Virus record (IMG/VR): IMGVR_UViG_3300021335_000006
Span: 110,811 to 130,810 of that record
Direction: 5' to 3' (one strand)
Source of the DNA: an uncultured virus (IMG/VR IMGVR_UViG_3300021335_000006)
Taxonomy: Duplodnaviria; Heunggongvirae; Uroviricota; Caudoviricetes
DNA length: 20,000 nucleotides
Part shown: piece by piece, positions 15,555-20,000 of the stretch
How the letters are laid out: each line of letters starts with the position of its first letter
Numbering within the stretch: the stretch's first letter is position 1
Program-made: the position numbers and the translations under genes
Notes under the pieces: model-generated
The model's input: the letters and a program-made list of their open reading frames with translations, nothing else
Databases searched by the model: none
Told to the model about the DNA's origin: nothing

Positions 15555-16688
15555 ATGCCTGCTAAGAAAGCGACTACATCACGTCGAGATGCAAAGCAGA
15601 TTGAAGCAAAGCATATCGGTGAAGAAACTCTAGACTGGTCTTCTGTAAAAGAAGATGATCTTATGGATACTATAATGACCAATTTGCGTCATTATGGCTA
15701 CTTCTATGAACAAAAGACTTACGTCAAGTGGGTTGAAGATTGGATTCGAGAGTTCAAGAATTCCAATAATTTACTCAAGCAATACAAGAGAGCTAAGGGT
15801 TGGAGGACTTGTGGTACTTTCGCTGGTCTCTGTCGAATGGAGTTGAACGGTGCCCCACTACCAGAGTCATGCAAACTCTTTCAAGACAATCAGTTGACTT
15901 CTATTTTATCTTACGCTGAGTCGGATAACGTTCAGCAAGTAGAGAAAACTGTGGTCGCTCGCAAGACTCCTGCGGAACATCTAGCAGAAAAAACAGCAAC
16001 ACTTGTGGGGGAAATTGAATATGCAATTGACGAGTATTTTGAAAATACTATTTCAAAATCATATTCTCTCTACAATCATCTGAAGAAAGAAAACTCCGCC
16101 GCTCAATCTGCACGTGAAGCCATGCGAGTTATAGAGACTCACAAAGCTGAAATGGAGGAAGTAATATCGGGAACTTCTCCCGATTTAGTAGAGGCTTATA
16201 GTCACTTAACAAAGCGAGAGAAGACAAAGTATCTTAAATTCCTCAACGAGATGATAGTTGATTTACAAAAGTATCTTGAAACTAAAAAGGCCGCTCGTAA
16301 GCCTCGTGCGAAGAAAGAGAAGCCTTTGATCAAGCAGGTCGAGAAGGTTCAGTATCAGAAAGAAAGTTCAGAGTACAAAGTGGCCAGTATTAGTCCTGTA
16401 CAGATCATAGGTAAGCACGAGTTGTATTTGTTCAATACAAAGACACGAGTTCTAAAATATCTTAGATCGGATCGTGTGGACGGCTTCTGGATCAAAGGAA
16501 CTACTGTGCAAGGATTCAACGAAGCTGAGTCTTTCAAGAAGAAGATACGCAAGCCCGAAGAAATGCTTGGGACTCTTGTTAAGTCCACCAAGACAAAAGC
16601 ACAAAAGTATGTCAAAGCGCTTAGTACGAACGAGACAGAGGCTGACGGTCGAATTAATCGTGATACTATTATACTTAAGGCGTTCTAA
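15555..16688 (+). CDS. Hypothetical phage protein (377 aa)
   Basis: Long ORF with an AGGA RBS and a basic C-terminal domain (LYLFNTKTRVL...IKGTTV.GF...RKPEE...GRIN.DTI.L). Confidence 0.75.
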   Translation: MPAKKATTSRRDAKQIEAKHIGEETLDWSSVKEDDLMDTIMTNLRHYGYFYEQKTYVKWVEDWIREFKNSNNLLKQYKRAKGWRTCGTFAGLCRMELNGAPLPESCKLFQDNQLTSILSYAESDNVQQVEKTVVARKTPAEHLAEKTATLVGEIEYAIDEYFENTISKSYSLYNHLKKENSAAQSAREAMRVIETHKAEMEEVISGTSPDLVEAYSHLTKREKTKYLKFLNEMIVDLQKYLETKKAARKPRAKKEKPLIKQVEKVQYQKESSEYKVASISPVQIIGKHELYLFNTKTRVLKYLRSDRVDGFWIKGTTVQGFNEAESFKKKIRKPEEMLGTLVKSTKTKAQKYVKALSTNETEADGRINRDTIILKAF

Positions 16689-17047
16689 TGGGTAAGGTTA
16701 TAGATTTTGTTAAAGCGCACGAACGACGAAAAGAACTTAAGCAGATGGACGAAGAGCTAGCTAAAGATCCAGATATGTTCTTTGCTTATAAGTTCGGTTT
16801 CGATGTTGCATTTGACATTACTATAGCACTACACGAAATGGGGTATAACATAGGAGAAGATGTAAAGTGCATCGTCGATATTCTCGCTATTGAAGAAGCT
16901 GTTCGAGCATTAGTGATGAGATGTGCCAAGAAAGAATACCCCATGCAAAAAATTAGTGAAGGTATTTTTAGAAACGAGGACGGAAACGAACTCGATTACG
17001 AAACTATCATGAAAGAGTTTTTGAGTGAGTTGGAAGATAACGTATGA
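16688..17047 (+). CDS. Hypothetical protein
   Basis: 119 aa, translationally coupled on both sides (TAATG and ATGA). Confidence 0.75.
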   Translation: MGKVIDFVKAHERRKELKQMDEELAKDPDMFFAYKFGFDVAFDITIALHEMGYNIGEDVKCIVDILAIEEAVRALVMRCAKKEYPMQKISEGIFRNEDGNELDYETIMKEFLSELEDNV

Positions 17048-17895
17048 TACTAGTTGATATGAATCAAGTAATGATTTCGAATATGATGGCTCAGTTGGGT
17101 AGTCACAAAAATGCAAAAATAGACGAGCGCATGATTCGCCATATGGTCTTGAATTCGCTACGGGCTGTTCGTACTAAGTTTTACAATGAGTACGGAGAGC
17201 TTGTTATCTGTTGCGACGACAAAAACTATTGGCGCAGAAAAATGTATCCATACTACAAAGCAAGCCGCAAGAAAATGCGAGAGAAATCTGAGATGGATTG
17301 GAATGCGATTTTCGAATCGCTGAATACCATTCGTGACGAACTCAAGGAGTACTTTCCGTATCGAGTGTTTCAGATCGACGGCTGTGAAGCGGATGATATT
17401 ATAGGTACTATCGTACACAAAGAAGGTACGATCTTAAACACGGGTAAGCCGATCCTAATTTTGTCGGGCGACAAAGATTATATTCAGCTACACAAATATG
17501 CTAATGTGAGGCAGTACGATCCAACACGTAAGCGATGGATTAGCAATGATGATCCCGAGCAATATCTAATCGAACACGTTATTAAAGGTGATAGTGGAGA
17601 TGGCGTACCTAACATTCTTTCAGCAGACAACTGCCTTGTTGTTGGCATACGTCAAAGCCCAATTACTAAAAAAAGATTGTGTCAATTTAGTGATATAAAT
17701 AACATGGATGATGATGTCAAAAGAAATTACATGCGAAACAAAATGTTAATTGACTTATCTGAGATACCTGAAGAGGTGAAGAGTCGTATTCTTGAGGAGT
17801 ACGAAAAAGAAAATACGAAGGATCGAAGTAAGCTATTTAACTACTTCGTTCAGAACAAACTAAAACACTTAATGACAAACTTGCAGGAGTTTTGA
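17044..17895 (+). CDS. rnh: T4-type RNase H (5'-3' exonuclease, FEN family)
   Basis: MILVDMNQ, YWRR...YYKASRK, EADDIIG, ILSGDKDYIQL and KGDSGDGVPN. Confidence 0.95.
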   Translation: MILVDMNQVMISNMMAQLGSHKNAKIDERMIRHMVLNSLRAVRTKFYNEYGELVICCDDKNYWRRKMYPYYKASRKKMREKSEMDWNAIFESLNTIRDELKEYFPYRVFQIDGCEADDIIGTIVHKEGTILNTGKPILILSGDKDYIQLHKYANVRQYDPTRKRWISNDDPEQYLIEHVIKGDSGDGVPNILSADNCLVVGIRQSPITKKRLCQFSDINNMDDDVKRNYMRNKMLIDLSEIPEEVKSRILEEYEKENTKDRSKLFNYFVQNKLKHLMTNLQEF

Positions 17896-17896
17896 G

Positions 17897-18382
17897 ATGA
17901 CAACTTTATCTATGTCCGAAATTTTAAAAACAGCGGCGGCCTTGACGACCAGAGGTGACAAGATTGCTTACCTTAGACAAAACAACTCCAAAGAGCTTCG
18001 TAACGTTTTGCTGTTGACATACGATAACAAGTTTGAGCTAGATCTTCCAAACGTTGCTCCCCCATACACCCCGTCAGACTTTCCTGACTCTCACGGGTTA
18101 TTGTATAGGGAGTGTAGAAAACTATCCTATTTTGTAAAGAACATGAAAGAAGGTGCAGGACTTTCACGAGCCAGAAAAGAAAGTCTTTTTATTCAGATGC
18201 TTGAAGCTGTTGATAGAGAGGACGCTAAACTTCTTGTCAGAATGATAGAAAAGAAGCCCATTCTAGAATTACCAGCAGATTTACTAGTCGAAGCATTTGG
18301 ATTCTCAATTGAGGATCCGGTAGATCCCACCCCCGTTAAAAGAGGCCGAGGTAGACCTCCAAAGGTAAAAAAGGATAGTTAA
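17897..18382 (+). CDS. Conserved hypothetical T4-like protein with C-terminal AT-hook
   Basis: LP...PPY.P...L..E.RKL.YF...RKE.LFIQMLE pattern, ending in KRGRGRPPK. Confidence 0.75.
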   Translation: MTTLSMSEILKTAAALTTRGDKIAYLRQNNSKELRNVLLLTYDNKFELDLPNVAPPYTPSDFPDSHGLLYRECRKLSYFVKNMKEGAGLSRARKESLFIQMLEAVDREDAKLLVRMIEKKPILELPADLLVEAFGFSIEDPVDPTPVKRGRGRPPKVKKDS

Positions 18383-18385
18383 GTA

Positions 18386-18541
18386 ATGGCTAAAAACAAG
18401 AAGTTCCGTGAGTGGATGGAAGAGGACGGAGAGCAAGTGTTTAAGGAGCGAAAAAAGGACACAAAGCGCTACGACAAGAAAAGATCCGCCATTCAACGGG
18501 CACGTAGACAGAAAACTAAGCAAAGAAACAGCTTTTTTTGA
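18386..18541 (+). CDS. 51-aa highly basic protein (not in ORF track)
   Basis: MAKNKKFREWMEEDGEQVFKERKKDTKRYDKKRSAIQRARRQKTKQRNSFF, with an AAGGA RBS. It fills the gap between genes. Confidence 0.72.
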   Translation: MAKNKKFREWMEEDGEQVFKERKKDTKRYDKKRSAIQRARRQKTKQRNSFF

Positions 18542-18550
18542 CAAAAAGCC

Positions 18551-18579
18551 TTGACACGGGGCCATTTTTACAGTATAAT
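18551..18579 (+). promoter_or_regulatory. Consensus sigma70 (early) promoter
   Basis: TTGACA (18551-18556), 17 nt, TATAAT (18574-18579). Confidence 0.9.
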
Positions 18580-18620
18580 CATATCTGTTTTGTGGGAAAT
18601 TGTCTGTTTTGAGTGTGAAA

Positions 18621-19196
18621 ATGAAAGAAAAAGTGATTTTAGTTGATTGTGACGGCGTTCTTCTTGACTGGATGTACGCATTTCGCCAGTGGATGAAGCG
18701 TCACGGCTATGAAGAAGTCAATCCCAACCTTTACGAAGTCAATAAGATCTTCAACATTCCTCGTGCTGAAGCTAAGAAGTTGTGCCGAATGTTCAATGAG
18801 AGCGCTACTATTCGAAAGCTTCCTCCCCTTCGTGATGCAATCAAGTATGTCAAAAAGTTGCATGAAGAGCATGGTTACGTCTTCCACGCAGTAACTAGCT
18901 TGAGCAACGATGAATACGCTCAGCATCTTCGAACTAAGAATCTCTGCGAACTCTTTGGCCCAACTGTGTTTGAGCAGTATGTTTACTTAGACACGGGTGC
19001 GGACAAAGACGAAGCGCTAGAAGAGTATCGTGACACCGAGTGCTACTGGATCGAAGATAAAAAAGAAAACTGCGATGTCGGTATTGATCTTGGTCTGAAC
19101 GGCATCCTGATGGCCTGGGAATATAACAGTGACTATGAAGGCGTTGCCGTCCGTGTTCAAAACTGGAAGGAGATCTACGAGATAGTTACTGGATAA
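18621..19196 (+). CDS. HAD-superfamily phosphatase/5'-nucleotidase-like protein (T4 30.2-like)
   Basis: ILVDCDGVLLDW (DxD motif I), VTS, K, and WIEDK (motif IV). ATG 18621 is preferred over TTG 18600. Confidence 0.82.
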   Translation: MKEKVILVDCDGVLLDWMYAFRQWMKRHGYEEVNPNLYEVNKIFNIPRAEAKKLCRMFNESATIRKLPPLRDAIKYVKKLHEEHGYVFHAVTSLSNDEYAQHLRTKNLCELFGPTVFEQYVYLDTGADKDEALEEYRDTECYWIEDKKENCDVGIDLGLNGILMAWEYNSDYEGVAVRVQNWKEIYEIVTG

Positions 19197-19701
19197 CCCA
19201 GTTACCGTTTTTAATCTTTCTATATCTAAACTGAGAAATGGTTAGTCCACATGACTTTGCCGCTTCTTTTATAGATGGATACAATTTACCACGAGGAGAC
19301 AGAACGGAACGCTGACGAGTTTTATTGCTAGTGTTTCCTTTCATAGAGTTTGATATTCTTTGCTTAGTCTCTTTTGAATGTGGCTTACGCTTTAGATTAC
19401 ATCTACCCGGTACATATCTTTTTGGCTGAGTGCCTTCAGTAACATAGATGTTTTCTTTACCGTTGTTATACCATCGCAAGTTTTTTTCGGCAACAACACT
19501 TCGTCCATACATACCATTGTTTTTGCCTTGACGAGTTTGCGACCAGTGATACTTTAGTTCTTCTGTGTGTGTCTTACCGTAGAATGAATTGAGTTCCCCA
19601 ATATACGCTTCAGACAGACTGATAGCTTTAGGCATGGGTTCGTAATCGAAGTCGATAGGATCAAGTCCTAGCGCTTCTGAGATGGGGTCATAAATAGACA
19701 T
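19186..19701 (-). CDS. NUMOD3/NUMOD1 DNA-binding protein of homing-endonuclease type, with no recognisable nuclease domain
   Basis: NSFYGKTHTEE, NGMYGR, WYNNG and HSKETKQRIS (NUMOD3-like) plus YPSIKEAAKSCGL (NUMOD1/HTH). It has its own RBS AAGGAG and a perfect late promoter. Confidence 0.8.
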   Translation of the reverse strand: MSIYDPISEALGLDPIDFDYEPMPKAISLSEAYIGELNSFYGKTHTEELKYHWSQTRQGKNNGMYGRSVVAEKNLRWYNNGKENIYVTEGTQPKRYVPGRCNLKRKPHSKETKQRISNSMKGNTSNKTRQRSVLSPRGKLYPSIKEAAKSCGLTISQFRYRKIKNGNWVIQ

Positions 19702-19762
19702 AGCTGATACTCCTTTACAGTATTAGAGTAGTCGGGAATGGCCGTTCCGTGGACTACAACTT

Positions 19763-19770
19763 TATTTATA
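19763..19770 (-). promoter_or_regulatory. Perfect T4 late promoter TATAAATA driving the NUMOD3 gene
   Basis: TATTTATA on the + strand, 61 nt upstream of the minus-strand ATG at 19701. Confidence 0.85.
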
Positions 19771-19785
19771 TAAAAGGAGTTTGTG

Positions 19786-19908
19786 ATGACCAGAGAAGAG
19801 GCGGAAGCAAAAGCGCTAGAAGCTTTAGATATGGATCTCATTAAGTTCGAGCAATTAGATGCATATATTGAGTTCTTGCTAGAAAAACATGCGAGTACTA
19901 AAATATAA
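19786..19908 (+). CDS. 40-aa hypothetical protein (not in ORF track)
   Basis: AAGGAG RBS at 19774-19779; MTREEAEAKALEALDMDLIKFEQLDAYIEFLLEKHASTKI. Confidence 0.65.
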   Translation: MTREEAEAKALEALDMDLIKFEQLDAYIEFLLEKHASTKI

Positions 19909-19911
19909 ATA
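19904..19911 (+). promoter_or_regulatory. Perfect T4 late promoter TATAAATA
   Basis: Exact consensus overlapping the stop at 19906-19908, 27 nt upstream of ATG 19939. Confidence 0.8.
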
Positions 19912-19938
19912 TTACGTTCAATATGGATTTACTCACTT

Positions 19939-20000
19939 ATGCCAATATACACATTCCGAGATAAAGAGACAGGTGAAGAAACAGATCACCTGATGAAAAT
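19939..20000 (+). CDS. Start of an FmdB-like small protein (3'-truncated)
   Basis: MPIYTFRDKETGEETDHLMK resembles the MPxYxF N-terminus of FmdB-like phage proteins. The frame runs off the window. Confidence 0.55.
   Translation, partial: MPIYTFRDKETGEETDHLMK

Noticed and set aside
78..18926. Numerous 60-143 aa minus-strand and nested alternative-frame ORFs in the track
   Set aside because: They are shadows of well-supported + strand genes and have no recognisable motifs. Only 19186-19701 has its own promoter, RBS and domains.
1..20000. tRNA/rRNA genes or stop-codon reassignment
   Set aside because: No intergenic gap has a cloverleaf or T-loop motif, and genes tile densely under the standard code using TAA, TGA and TAG stops.

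Overview
A 20 kb segment of a large T4-like myovirus genome, about 40% GC by eye and almost entirely on the + strand. The left third (1-7229) is a late/virion block. It holds three low-complexity modular proteins that look like capsid-internal cargo (one with a T4 IP-like capsid-targeting N-terminus and repeated prohead-protease-type linkers), a GH19 endolysin, an Ig-domain virion protein followed by a C(UUCG)G terminator, and three hypothetical genes. From a perfect sigma70 promoter at 7233 comes a replication and nucleotide-metabolism block: gp61 primase, a transglutaminase-like cysteine protease, nrdA with a fused glutaredoxin, nrdB, dCMP deaminase, a GIY-YIG-like protein, MazG, a 3TM holin-like gene, glutaredoxin, RNase H and a HAD hydrolase. 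Near the right end is an inverted NUMOD3/NUMOD1 gene with no nuclease domain and a structured leader. The most striking signal is at 2684-4877, where 60-97 aa modules are joined by linkers that are repeated exactly at the DNA level (17-18 nt) and encode putative prohead-protease sites. This suggests a shufflable cassette array of injected proteins. All family assignments come from motif recognition, not from database searches.
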